Assembly: GCA_964016885.1 (NCBI GenBank)
Contig: OZ024740.1
Coordinates: 11,408,001-11,472,000 of the forward strand
Direction: 5' to 3'
DNA: 64,000 nt
Origin: Eledone cirrhosa
Lineage: Eukaryota
Positions 25,689-38,561 of this stretch are shown in pieces (within the stretch, counting starts at the first letter, position 1; every line of letters begins with the position of its first letter). The position numbers and the translations under genes are program-made. The notes under the pieces were generated by a model. That model worked only from the letters and a program-made list of their open reading frames with translations. It was not told the DNA's origin and searched no databases.

Positions 25689-26329
25689 TACAGCTGGTCT
25701 TTCATTTGTAGAGATAAACGTTTTGTTGTGGACAGAGGTAGTAACTCAACATATTCCATCCTCTTTTTATTTAAGCTACTCTGTTTTCAGAGCAACCTCC
25801 TCCACTTCTAATGAGATCACCCAAGTAACAGAAGCTCAAAGTATAATATATATATATATTAGCAGAGCCATAACTAAGGAAAATAGCTCCTATGGCAAGC
25901 AGTGATATTGCACCTCTGCCCAGCACTGTATTTTTATCTAAAGGACTTATAATTTATATAAATAGCTTAATGATTCGGCCACCACAGTGTTCTCAGCCAT
26001 GATAGAGACAGATCATACATCTGAAGGAGTTTCTTTTTTCACGCTCTGACGAGGCTTATTTGATGTTAATAGAATGTGCTCCGCTTTATATGTGAGCAGT
26101 GAGTATGAAAAAGTAGCTGGGGATGATTTAGATAGAAAGTGGATCTAATTAGAGGACAATGATGTGAGGCAGACTAACATGGAAAAGACGTGTAGGGGTC
26201 AGGAAGGGGCATATTAGAGCAGGGATCTAAATATTAATATAACTACTCACTGCCATCCTCCTTGTGCTTGTTCCATCCAGTTTACATAGCAGAACAATTC
26301 TTTTGTAGAATGGCAAACTGCCATTCAAC

Positions 26330-27810
26330 TCAATCCTAGACCTTACTCTTCCATAAGCTTTGACTTTGAGCACCTTGCATTTTTTTAAAGTGACTGTCAA
26401 CCTTCATACACATCACATGTCCTTATCATGGCAACCTTCTCTCGTTTACACTGCCTCTGATCCTTCTTGTCCAGTTTCTCTTAGATCACATACACATTAA
26501 TTGGAGCATGCTCAGCTCATTTCTTGCCATTTTTCATAAATCCTCAGCAAACAAGACCCAAGTCTCACTTCTATGCAGCATTGCAGTTTGTACATAGGCC
26601 TCATACAATCTCTCCTTCACTCTGAGAAACCCTTTGTAGCTAGTAGAGATAGTAGCTCCTTCAACTTGTTCCGACTGGTTCTCATTCTTGCTACTGTAAT
26701 TTCAGAAGAGCCCCCTCTATTGCTAATTATTTCACCCAAATAACAGAAGTGGCCAACTATTTCCAGAGCACCATCGAAACATTTGATACAGCCTGTTTCA
26801 TTTGTAGAGTCATATGGCCCAGTGGTAAGGGTATTGGACTTACAATCATAATGTTGTGGGTTTGATTCCTGGGCTGGGCTGCTTGTGTTCTTGAACAAAA
26901 CACTTCATTTCATGTTGCTCCAGTATACCCAGCTGAAAATGAGTACCGCAATAACTGGGGGTTTAACCCTGTGATGGATTAGTGTCCTGTTTAGGGGGGA
27001 GTCTTGTACTCTGTCGCTTCACGCCATGAAACTGGGATAAGCACCGGCCTAACAAGCTTTCTGGCTTAAGACAGACTGTTTCATCTAATGTGTACTCATA
27101 GTTGACATTTTGTACATAGTATATTTCTACCAACTATTTTTCTACATATTGAGCATGGCCACTTCTGATGGGACCCTGTCTACTTTCCTACTTGGACATT
27201 AGTCTTTAACTTTACTCTGATGCCTTCCATGCCTGGAAGTTCTTTTCTGATTCTGCCCAAAATTCAGCCAAGTAGTTCCCACAGGCAGTCTTAAACTCCT
27301 CCATTCTCGCCTCAATGACTATAATAATCAGACTGAGGACTGAGCCTTGGTGGATCACTACTTGCATGCTAAATTCCTTGCTGTATTTATTGTGAATTGT
27401 ATCATTGCTGACTGCATCTTCGTGCATGACTTGTGAGGCCCTTGCAATCAATTCCTCTACACTTAGCTTAGCCCAGCAGATCACAGAGTGAAATAACCTA
27501 TCAAAAGCTTTTCACCAGGTCAACAAATGCTAGATAGAGGATTTCTTATAGATACGTACTTCTCCTGCAGCTGTTTTACAAGAAAGAAGGTATTTGTTGT
27601 AACCTTTCCTGGCATAAACTTGAACTGCATCTCATGTAGGTTAATTCTATCTCTAATCAGTTATGCTATGACTCTCAGTAATGTTCATGACTTGGTCCAT
27701 TAACTTGATGCCTCTATAGTTATTCCTATCTAGCACATATTTACTCTTGTAGCAGTTGACAATGACACTGCTATGTCAATCATTGGGTATGACGCCATTC
27801 TGTATTACCT
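26330..27810 (-). pseudogene. Old decayed RTE/RTEX-like RT fragment interrupted by a SINE
   Basis: IHQGSVLS, EEFKT, FCYLG, LLATKGFS match the 53890 ORF family. Confidence 0.8.
26802..27070 (+). mobile_element. tRNA-derived SINE with an approximately 14-bp TSD
   Basis: ACAG(C/A)CTGTTTCAT at 26788-26801 and 27071-27084; A and B box-like TGGCCCAGTGG and GGTTTGATTCC. Confidence 0.75.
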
Positions 27811-27957
27811 GTAAAATTTTCCAATATTTCTTCACTTCTGTTATATAATACTTGTAATAAACGAACGAAAGTATTCAATCATAAAATATTTACATACTCG
27901 ATGTCTTTGATATTATTCCATACTTAAGGTTTATAATAGTTAATGTGACCAGTATTG

Positions 27958-28415
27958 TAATAATAATAATAATAATGAAATTATTGTGTAAAGTGCTCAG
28001 GTGCACTACAACTCGTCAAAGGTGCATGTATAGTACATAGAATAATACACAAATGTCAGGGAAGTGAATAGTGTATGAGTCACGATATACATGTGTGTAT
28101 GTGTATGGAGGGGGAACATTAGGTGTAGTGTTGGCGGATCTTGGGAAGCATGGAGGCCTTAAAGGATGCAGTGTCTCAACAGCTAACAACTGATGCAGGT
28201 AGTTTGTTCCATGCTTCAGCAACTCTGAGCGTGAAAAAATGTTTCCGAAAGTCATGGGAACTGTGCTGTTTTCTGACTTTGTGGGCATGTCCACATGTGT
28301 TAGACACACTGAAATCAAAAAGGTACTCAGGGTTGTTGTTGGCAAGATGGTTAACAATTTTGTGGGTGTTTACCAAGTCAGTTGCCAGGCGTCGGAGATT
28401 CAATGTATCCATGCC
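27958..28415 (-). mobile_element. CR1-clade LINE 3' fragment with an (ATT)n tail
   Basis: TLNLRRLATDL..HKIV..GH..RKHFFTLRVAEAWNKLP. Confidence 0.85.
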
Positions 28416-28771
28416 AGGTGTACCAAATTTCGAATTTTTAGTAATATTTTAAACCCATAGTGTTATGTAACTTCATGACTTTTCATTTGTAATATCCTTA
28501 TTGATTATTTTTCAATTTTATTTTCACATTCAGTATTGAAAGCATTGACGAACGACGGTAGACGTTCACAATTTGTAAGTATGATAGGATAATAGAGACG
28601 TAATCGGTATAGCAGCTAGTTTCGTTAGATACATTTAAAAAAAAAAATACTGCAGTTAAAAAAAAATACATACATTTTTTTTTTCAAATTTCTGCCCTGT
28701 AATTAATGTAGTAATTTTATTAATTTCATTTTGTACAAATAAACAGTTTATGTAATATTGAAATGTCATCG

Positions 28772-28870
28772 ATGGCGGCTCGCCTTACGTCAAGCGATGA
28801 TCATGAGGGCGCCTGGTTGTTTCAGCACCTTAGCCTCGCCATCACCCGAGGTAATGTTGCGTGTTGGCTT
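28772..28870 (+). pseudogene. Second CRE-like C-terminal fragment
   Basis: Translates as EGAWLFQHLSLAITRGNVA. Confidence 0.55.
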
Positions 28871-30093
28871 ACCTCAAAGTGTTCCGTTGACCCTAATGAT
28901 GTGATGTGCGGCCGATCGTCTAACATGGTGGTGAACTGATGGTAGTTTTGTTTAATCTTATATATTTGTTAAGTATTGTGTATATTATTTGTCTATTTTT
29001 ATTCTGAAAGACTTATAAATAATTTGTAATGTTATTTACACAATTGTGAATAGAGTTAGTTATGAATATTAAAAAAATCGAGAATGTAACAACTTTCATT
29101 ATACAGGATGTTCTCTCAAAAGCACTCTAATAAATATTGCCTGTACAGGTAATCAAAATGTGCATACATGTTTTGGGGACACCCAGTATAAGTTCTTTAA
29201 ATCTTTCAATTATTGAAAGTGAAGATCAAATTTTAGAATAAACAATGAGATAAATACAAATGAAAGCCATGGAATTGGATAACATTGGGAAATACAGGTT
29301 AAAATATTGTCAAATATATATCACCACCAGTTTGATCAAATAATTGATGCTATCTAGACATATCCAAATTTACTATCTATATTATGTCACTTATATCCCT
29401 CCATACTTACCATCCATGAACGTCAACTCTCAAGACCAGTTCTCGCTAATTGTGTTCGGAAATATTTTGTTTGATGACAGTAAATCTATAATAGGACCAA
29501 TCCGACAGATGTTGGCCAGTTATATACATCAGTTAAGCACCGATATTAAAGTAATCGACTTATAAACTCTTCCGTTCATTATCTGTGGCCTTCTGTTATT
29601 AAGTTACGTCACTTAAGGTTCTGAGTGCAAATTTCAGTGGTCGACATCATCTATCAACTTTCCGATGGTTGGTGGGGTAGCAATGAGACAAAGTACTAGA
29701 CTTGTGGTCCGTGAGCGTGCCGAATAAACAGAGATTTCAAAAACCATACATTTTTTTGAAAATTCATTAAAATAATCTGGGTCTATAGTAATGAAAAGGT
29801 TTGAAATTACTGTACTAGACCGATATAATGAACTTATTTTTCATGAGCATGTGTGGCCTTTTGTGGTACTATTTATCTCCCTTTTCTAAATGAGATCAAC
29901 TCCCGCCAAGGTTTGACTTTATATTTCATACTTCCGGGAATGGAAGATGCAGGGTACCAAATATATAAAAAAATAATCGATAATGAGGTGAATGTGTCGA
30001 TATTATTGACAATACAACTATACTTACGACTCTGCTCTGTCTAAATAAATCCTATGTAACCTTGTGCCTATGTTAGAAATGATCTCTATTTAT

Positions 30094-30124
<31 letters not shown>

Positions 30125-30228
30125 AATGAAATGTATATATGTGTGTGTGTGTGTATATATAGAGATAATTTCTAACATATATATATATATCATCCTTGGT
30201 CATGTCAAATATTTATAAAACATTTCGT

Positions 30229-30288
30229 ATTTTATCTGATGATAGCGTACCAAAATTTTTGGTACCCTTGAAATATATATAATAGAAT
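30229..30288 (+). ncRNA. Type I hammerhead ribozyme, AT-rich family
   Basis: AUUUUAU-CUGAUGA-..GUACCAAA/UUUGGUAC..-GAAA-UAUAU-AUA^-AUAGAAU; same family as 37926-37991. Confidence 0.75.
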
Positions 30289-30609
30289 AAATATGGTTTT
30301 ATAAATATAGTTTCCATTTATTTAATATAAATTGTGTATATATATATGTATATAAACATAGTAGTACCTGGTGAAAAAGTGTCATTTGAAGACAAATTTG
30401 TTTGTTTATTCTGTGTGCATCCGAAAAATAAGTCGAAAGAAATAAAGTAAAAACTCAACCTCATTTTGGTTCGCGGCTAAATCACCCATGTTATTACAAA
30501 TGAAAGACCCGTATACATGAGGCATTGCGCATGTCTTATCCCCCCCTCCCCCCATCATTACGAAAGAGAGGAGACGGTCGTTGTTTGACTGTATATATAA
30601 ATATATATA

Positions 30610-30653
<44 letters not shown>

Positions 30654-30992
30654 TCTTCTCCGTTTCTTCTCTCTCTCCTCTCTCTCTATCTCTTTATTTC
30701 TTGTCTTCAGTTTTTTGGGGGTTACCCCCTTCGTTTTATTTACCAAAATATCGTTAAACCCCCTCAAAAAATTGAAAGGTACGTGTCAATACTATATTAA
30801 TTAATTATAGTCTAATTCATTAATATATATATATATATAGTGCAGTATATATATTATATAGTATATATATATATACCATATATATATGGCATATATACGT
30901 ATAGTAAAACCCGTCGCCCTGGATTATCCTGTCAACCTATATATTACACCACGATGCAATATTCGATTTGAAATATTTCATATACACACATG

Positions 30993-31051
<59 letters not shown>

Positions 31052-33902
31052 GTATATTTTGAATTTATGTCTATCAGTTCACCGGCGAAATTAACGTTTC
31101 TTCCGTACCCCTACCCTCGTGTGTCCCAATATTCGATTTGTAAAACAAGGCCACAATATGTTTATATATATCATCGATCTCTTCATTAAATTTCTTAAAT
31201 CTATTATTTATGAGATTTAACCATATATATATATATATACATGTGTGTGTGTAAATATATCCGATATCGAAATTCATGATTATTGGATTTTATGAAACTC
31301 GTGCGTTATATATGCTTACATTTCGTTCTTTATTACATATAAATATATATGATCACCACATACATGTATATATAATGATAAATGGAGTAGTCAATTTATG
31401 ATATTTCAGTATTTTCAAATTTTCCTCCAATTCATTCAGTTTTACTCTTAAATGTCTTCCCGCTATATTTCTAACTTCCATTGACCAACATTTGTTTATA
31501 TACAGACATATATATAAATATATATATATAAACAATGAGTTATATGGTTTGTTGATTATTATATATATATAGAGAGATTTTTAGGAATATATATATGTAT
31601 ATAGACTATATGCAATCTAAATGTATAACTTATACTTAATTATATATGTATATATATATAATCTCCCGCCTTCTCTGTCAATTTCATTTTCTATTTAAAA
31701 GGTCAATCTATTTCTCGATCGAGCTTGTCTGATTTATCGATCCAACTAGCTATCTTTCCTATCGATTCAACCAGCTAACCGCCTATTGATCCAGTTAACT
31801 AACTCCCTACTTATACGTTTCTATATAGATATAACTGGTTTATAATCTATCAGTCGATCTTGTCAGTTATCTATGTCTCTAGAGATTATATCTACCCTTT
31901 GTTTCCTCCCTCTCGTCCTCTACATTCACCATTGTCCCCCACAAGATCCATGCTTGCTTGCTTTTCTTCTCATTTTGTTTTTCAGCGTAACGCAGAAATA
32001 TATATATATATATTCAGTTTTTAAATACATATAAACACATGTATATACTATATGTATATAGCAGAGCACTGAGTTTTTGTTTCAATATTTCAACTATATG
32101 TATGTCGGTCCGGAAGTTTTGTGGCGGCAAAATATGTGTAATATTTGTGTTTGTAATACTGACTAGAGCTTTCACATGCTGTTGTGGTCGTGGTTCGCTC
32201 TAAAGCCTTCTTCTTGGCTTTAAATATATATAATGTGTTTGGTGTTAATAGGGATATAACGTGAAATCTAGGAATATCCTTCACCTGTGGTCTGTTCGCG
32301 GCATGTTCAGAATCACCATGGCCTTGGGAGATTTGTTTACTATTTCTAGCAGTTCGATCGACCACGGAAACGATCCCCCCTTCCCTCGTCTTTTGAATGT
32401 GAGTATCTGAGAATATACCCACTTTCGTGTCTTTTTACCTACGTCTAACCATCACTTTGTACCCTTTTAGTAAAAATCTTTAAAGTTTTTTTCCTTAACC
32501 CACACAAATATCAGTCATTACCCCGAACTCCTATTAATCAGACCTCTTCTAGACTTCCTGATTAACTAAGTATTCTTCCTGCCCACCACCAAGGGGCGGG
32601 AGAGATTGTGTAAAATGTACTCGTTGCTCTTTGCCGCTGAAATTATCTGACCTCGTTCTTCCTCCCATCTGACTCTTCTACTCCTCGTCTACTATTATTT
32701 TCTATTTATCACCCTTATACAACTAACTACTACATTGCCAACGTGTGTCTCGACCTGCTAGAAACAATATCAAAATCTCCCTCAAATCATACACCACCGG
32801 CTGTTTCGCTCTATATAAAACAACAGATCCTAAAATGAAAACGGAAGGTACTTGCATTTTCGTTGTGAATCTTCACGCTTTGAATTTCTTTAATTGCTAA
32901 ACTGAAATATGTATTTGTGAGCATTTTTTTCCCTCATGATTTATTTGTGGATTTTTTTTTTTCTTCGATACTGACCTGCTCCTTCAATAGACAGTTTGCA
33001 GTCGAATATGAGCCCGCAAAATGAATTTTATCTCGGGCTCCGTCCGGTAAGGGTTTGGGGGGGGGGGGGGGTCTGTCATTTTATATACCTAAAACGAAAT
33101 ACTTTCCACCGTCTTAAAACTAAAAGGAATGATATATTGAATTTCATTCTTAGGACGTATAACCAAAAAAGACGAGATGGTCGCAACTGGGAATGTATTA
33201 TGGTCATAGGTGTTCTGGATCAGATACTAGCTCTAAACACCTGGTGAATGAATTGAGTGACTTGTGATCACTTAAAGACAGAACCTTTTAGATAACAATA
33301 AACGATTGATAGCATTAAGCAGAGCATATAAGAATAATATCTGCGTGTTTAGGGAATAAACTAGCTTTCATAGCAATTGATTACATAATTTGTGATAGCA
33401 GCTTCCACTCTACCTTATATTATTTTCTGAGAGTTTATTGTACAACCCTGTACACGTTTATTAGAAATTATATTTCAGTTCCCCCATCTTTTGAATAGGG
33501 TGGACGAGGATGTTGGTGGTAGGGTGTATATTTGCGGTTTTTAAGGTCTAAGGTGAAATATTGCCGAGGTCTGTTGTTGCTTTTCAACCTTCCAAATATT
33601 GATATAATCAAACGCCCTTCCCCTGTCCCAAGATTTCTTAGCATGTTATTGTCATATATAAGTTCTAGTCACATATTGTGATTGCTAGAAATCATTGTAG
33701 CGCCAGCGAAGACTGGGTCTTCGAATTAAATTGTACATTTTCATAAAAGAAAAGTGTTTCGATATTTACTCTCGCGCGCACGTCTTCACGGATGGTTTGG
33801 ATTCATTGTTTATATATATATATATATTATGAGGAGAAGTAACATAACAATGCAGTAAAATGATGGTGTATTAGTTTAATGCTTGATATTGTTTTAAAAG
33901 AG

Positions 33903-33938
33903 TCTTAACGTTTCGGAAGCCAGTCCTTCCTCGGAAGA
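33903..33938 (-). ncRNA. Minimal PLE-type hammerhead-like motif (CCGAGGA core)
   Basis: UCUU-CCGAGGA-aGGA cuggcu UCC-GAAAC-GUU^-AAGA; U4 replaced by C. Confidence 0.5.
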
Positions 33939-34546
33939 TAAAATGAGACAGTATGTTTGGGAGAAGGAAAAGAAAGATAGGCGAGAGTAAAAACAAAAAA
34001 AGAAAGAAAGCCAGTTTTGTTAAACGGCTATCTTGAAATATATATGTATGGTGATAGGAAGTGTATCTTAATATTGGAAACCATGTTAGGGGACTGAGAG
34101 GACTGTTCAGTTGTGTCAAAGATAATGACAAATCCCCTAGTGTTACTGCTACGATAAAACACACCTGACACAGTTCCGAGCCTGACAGAGTAGTTTTGGT
34201 CTGTGAAGACCCGTCCAACCCTTGCTAGCTGGGGATATATATATATATATAGTAGACCACTTATGACGGATATTCATGGCTTCTATTTCTAATTCTTTAT
34301 TTATTATATATATAATCATCGTCATCGTTTTACGGTCATTTTCCACGCTTGCATGGGGTAGTCCTGAGACCACGTCTTGCTCATACAGATCTGTACACAC
34401 ACACATATATATATATATATATATTCTGTCAATCATTCGTGCATGTCTGCGAGTCACCCTTGTGCACGTAGGTGACTTTTCGATTCAACAACAAAAGACC
34501 CCCACCCCTAGGCACTGAGAACACTCCAAAATAGCACACATTAGCA

Positions 34547-34577
<31 letters not shown>

Positions 34578-34785
34578 CATGCAAGCATGAAAAATAGACG
34601 TTAAACGGTGATGATATAGTGTTAAATGTTGTTTAACACATCAACCTTGATCGAGCAGGCTGTGATCTCGGAAGTTCCCGCCATGAAAATTTCTGCTTTA
34701 TTTATTCAGGCATGGTGAATGTAGTAAGATATTTGGTCGATATTTATGTGTGTATGAGGTGTGACTATAGTGTTATCTATGTATT

Positions 34786-34819
<34 letters not shown>

Positions 34820-35082
34820 GAGGCCATTCACCTCTGAAGCAGTGCTCCAGCTTGTCCTTGACCGTGATGGCTAACAAACTATATATCTATATATTAGTCG
34901 ATGTTATTTTTGTATATGAAAGTTTAGGGAGATATTTTGTATTTATTGATTGGATCAAATAGACAGGAGAGATGTGTGTTATTGTAGTTAAAGATATATC
35001 TTTGATATATCTCATTGTAGCTTATAACCTTGACATTTGCTCTGTCTTCTTTTACCCCCCCCCCCTCCTCTCTCTAGAGAGT

Positions 35083-35129
35083 GTGTAAAACTAATTCTTT
35101 GATTTATTCATTGAACCTTGTTTAACCTT

Positions 35130-35165
<36 letters not shown>

Positions 35166-35212
35166 AAGGTTAAACAAGGTTCAATGAATAAATCAAAGAA
35201 TTAGTTTTACAC
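35083..35212. repeat. Perfect palindrome with about 50-bp unique arms centred on a (TA)n tract
   Basis: GTGTAAAACTAATTC..CCTTTAAA (TA)n TTTAAAGG..GAATTAGTTTTACAC. Confidence 0.9.
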
Positions 35213-35317
35213 TAGATTGGAAGTACTCAACTGATATGGTTTTCCGGAGTTATTAATATATACTACCATGACTGGATCTTAATCATCTACTATGTCAGGG
35301 TATGTCATGCATCATCT

Positions 35318-35384
35318 TATTTTATCTGATGAGGACGTACTGTTGAAGTTAGCTCAGTACCTCTGAAATATGTATAATAAAATA
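35318..35384 (+). ncRNA. Type I hammerhead ribozyme, AT-rich family
   Basis: UAUUUUAU-CUGAUGA-GGAcGUACUG..CAGUACcUCU-GAAA-UAUGU-AUA^-AUAAAAUA. Confidence 0.8.
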
Positions 35385-36161
35385 TACTTGATCACAAGAA
35401 GTTCTATTTTTTTTTATATTTTGAATTAATATATATATATATACATATATATATATGTGTGTGTGTACAGATCCGTATGAGCAAGACGTGGTCTCTGGAC
35501 TAACCCATGCAAACGTGAAAAATGTGTGTATTTATATATATTAAGAAATACGATGAAGTTTCGTTTACATGTAATTTAGTTTTTTGTGTATCGATGCACC
35601 ATAAAACCCTAAATACATGTAAACGAAACTTTATCGCTTTTCTTAATATATATACTCTGCCTGTGCATAGAGTGCTTGTTTTGTTACCACCACAGTAATT
35701 CACTGAATTACCTACACTATATATATATAGTTGATAAAAGAAACAAAACAGGCTAAATTAAAGTTATATTAGGTTCACGCTTGGAGTGTGTGTGTGTATA
35801 TATATATATAAAGAGAGAGAGATCGACCAATTCACATATATATATATATATATATTATACACCTACGGTAGTAGGTGTATAATATTCTTAAGGTCCCATT
35901 TCGGTCACTCGCGACACCTTCAAAGCTTTGTCACTAATTCAATTTTTGATAGAATTGGATGCAGTTTTTTGCACTTTATAGGACCACAGATAAGCTACTT
36001 TTTGACATAAAAATATTGAAATTTGGTTCAGTAGAAAAAAAGTTACATAAAAATAAGTGAGGACCAAAAGAGTGTAAGGAACTACATACATAAGTAACGC
36101 TTAGTTTGTTTCTAATTTCTAATACATTAAAATAGTGATAGATTGTGCAATAGTGAATTGT

Positions 36162-36234
36162 GGTCAGGTAGCTCAGTCGGTAGAGCAGCGGACCGGCAAT
36201 CCGAAGGTCGTGGGTTCGATTCCCACCCTGATTA
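36162..36234 (+). tRNA. tRNA-like 73-nt cloverleaf, anticodon GGC; probably a pseudo-tRNA or element-borne
   Basis: GGTCAGG/CCTGATT acceptor, GCTC/GAGC D arm, GTGGG-TTCGATT-CCCAC T arm, TTTT just downstream; C at position 33, no G3:U70. Confidence 0.65.
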
Positions 36235-36347
36235 CTTTTCCTATCTGCACTTCTTCCTATTCATTATTATTTATTTAACTTATTTGTTGATAAATATTTT
36301 TAATATTAATATAATATCCTTGCATTGCCTGGAAAAAAAGTGGATTA

Positions 36348-37693
36348 CAGGGAAAAATGCGGGCGCATGTAAAGAAATATTCTTAAATTAATAAACCTAG
36401 AAAAGTAAAGGACAAGTTATTACACCTGGAAAAGTAAAGGACAAGAAAACTTCTTAAAACTTCTTAAAATATTGCAGCTAAAGTCTAAATTTGAAAAAAA
36501 ATATTTAGATTATAAAACTAAAAATAAATAATTATAAGTTAATTGTTAAAAAAATATCACTTTAAAGGACTGGAAAAATGACTGTTTTATAGGGAGAGTT
36601 GACTACTGTATACTTAATTTTTTTCTTGGTGTATACAAATTAATCTTTTTAAAATAAAATTTGTACAATAATTAATTAATAATAATAATTAATATGTACA
36701 ATTTATTAATTTATGTTAATAAGATATTTAAAATTTTTCACTCTTAATCAAATTATATTTTTAAAAATTTAGTTATAAAATAATGCAGTAAAATAAATCA
36801 AAAACAGTGCATCATATAATTGCACTTTTTATGAGTATTACAGATTTTTTTTATAATATAGTAAAATTCAACATCTCAAGGGGCAAAATTAGGTAAAAGT
36901 CAATTCATCAATTATTCATTTATAGTGAATCAATCAATTATAGTGAATTCATCAATTCATTAGATGAACTGTTGAATTAGACAATGTTTAATTTTTTAAT
37001 TGTAGTCTAATTTTACTCTACCTAAAAATGTAGATTGGTTATTTTGATCTCTGACAGGTCTTAAATTTCATTATTAAACAATTATAATTTGTTATTATTT
37101 ATCATTACAGTTGGCTCCCTAATTAATTATTAATTAATTGTTAGTGTCATTTACACGCCAAAATTTTGTTTTATTTGATGTTTATAATTGTCACTCAGTA
37201 ATGCACTGGGTAATTGCTGGCCTTGTGCCTAAAGAAGAAACAATTATTAAACAATTATAATTTGTTATTATTTATCATTACAGTTGGCTCCCTAATTAAT
37301 TATTAATTAGTTGTTAGTGTCATTTACACGCCAAAATTTTGTTTTATTTGATGTTTATAATTGTCACTCATTTTTTCAGTCCCATTTAGTAAAGTAAAAT
37401 AAAGTATATTTATTTAATGACCCAACCACTATGGTGTAAATTAGGATCACAAAATTAAATAAATGATCATAAATTAGTATTATTATCAATTAGAGAGTCA
37501 ACTGTATTATTAGAATTTATCACTTTCTATGTATATTTAAATCAAATATTTTTTATTCAAATTTATACTATAGCTGCAATATTTTAAGAAGTTTTCTTGT
37601 CCTTTACTTTTCCAGGTGTAATAACTTGTCCTTTACTTTTCTAGGTTTATTAATTTAAGAATATTTCTTTACATGCGCCCGCATTTTTCCCTG
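36348..37693. mobile_element. Non-autonomous TIR element (about 125-bp TIRs starting CAGGG, flanked by TA)
   Basis: 36344-36480 is the reverse complement of 37571-37697 apart from a short tandem duplication. Confidence 0.8.
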
Positions 37694-37696
37694 TAA

Positions 37697-38044
37697 TATA
37701 ATATATTAACAAATGTAAACTATATTTATAAAACCATCACTATACATATTTCAAGGGCCACCAAAGTAAACTATGGTGCGCTTTCATCAGATAAAATATA
37801 ATATAGGTTAGTTTTATAAATAAATATTGACATACCCTTAAAAAATGCAACCATTCTGGTTGGAATCTTCTGGATAGGGTATTTAAGGGTATGTCAATAT
37901 TTATTTATAAAACTAACCTATATTATATTTTATCTGATGAAAGCGCACCATAGTTTACTTCGGTGGCCCTTGAAATATAGATAATGAAATAAATATGGTT
38001 TTATAAATATAAATATAGTTTCCATTTGTTAATATATTGTATAT
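37697..38044. mobile_element. Head-to-head palindromic PLE-type mini-element with a hammerhead core in each arm
   Basis: Arms 37697-37842 and 37882-38044; the left HHR has a damaged stem I. Confidence 0.8.
37926..37991 (+). ncRNA. Type I hammerhead ribozyme, AT-rich family
   Basis: UAUUUUAU-CUGAUGA-AAG..CACC/GGUG..CUU-GAAA-UAUAG-AUA^-AUGAAAUA. Confidence 0.78.
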
Positions 38045-38119
38045 TTATTCCAATAATTTGTTGAGTGCTTTATATCAGTTCTAAAAATATTTTGCTTGTT
38101 GTATCCCAACAAATTAAAT

Positions 38120-38171
<52 letters not shown>

Positions 38172-38528
38172 CCAAAAGTGAAAGTAAGTTATAGTATTGT
38201 GGCGGCAAATAGTTCCGTAGTAGTTTTGTAGCAAGAGCAAGTCTTGTTTCGTTGTTGAATAGTATGGCAGTTGATGGAGAGGGTGGCATTAGTATGAATA
38301 GATGGCAGGAGTTAGAAGAAATGTGCAACTACTGCTACTACAATTGGGTCACTACCGCCATTGGCTCTTGCATTGTATCACAGTGCACCTCCCCCACCTC
38401 GCTCTATGTATGTATACATACACGCGCGCGCACGTGTTTGTCCACAGTTTCATTGCTGCAACTTCATGTAGCTGCTGCTATTTTTGCATGCTTTGTACGA
38501 GGCCGTGTGTTTGCGTTTATACAAACAC

Positions 38529-38561
<33 letters not shown>

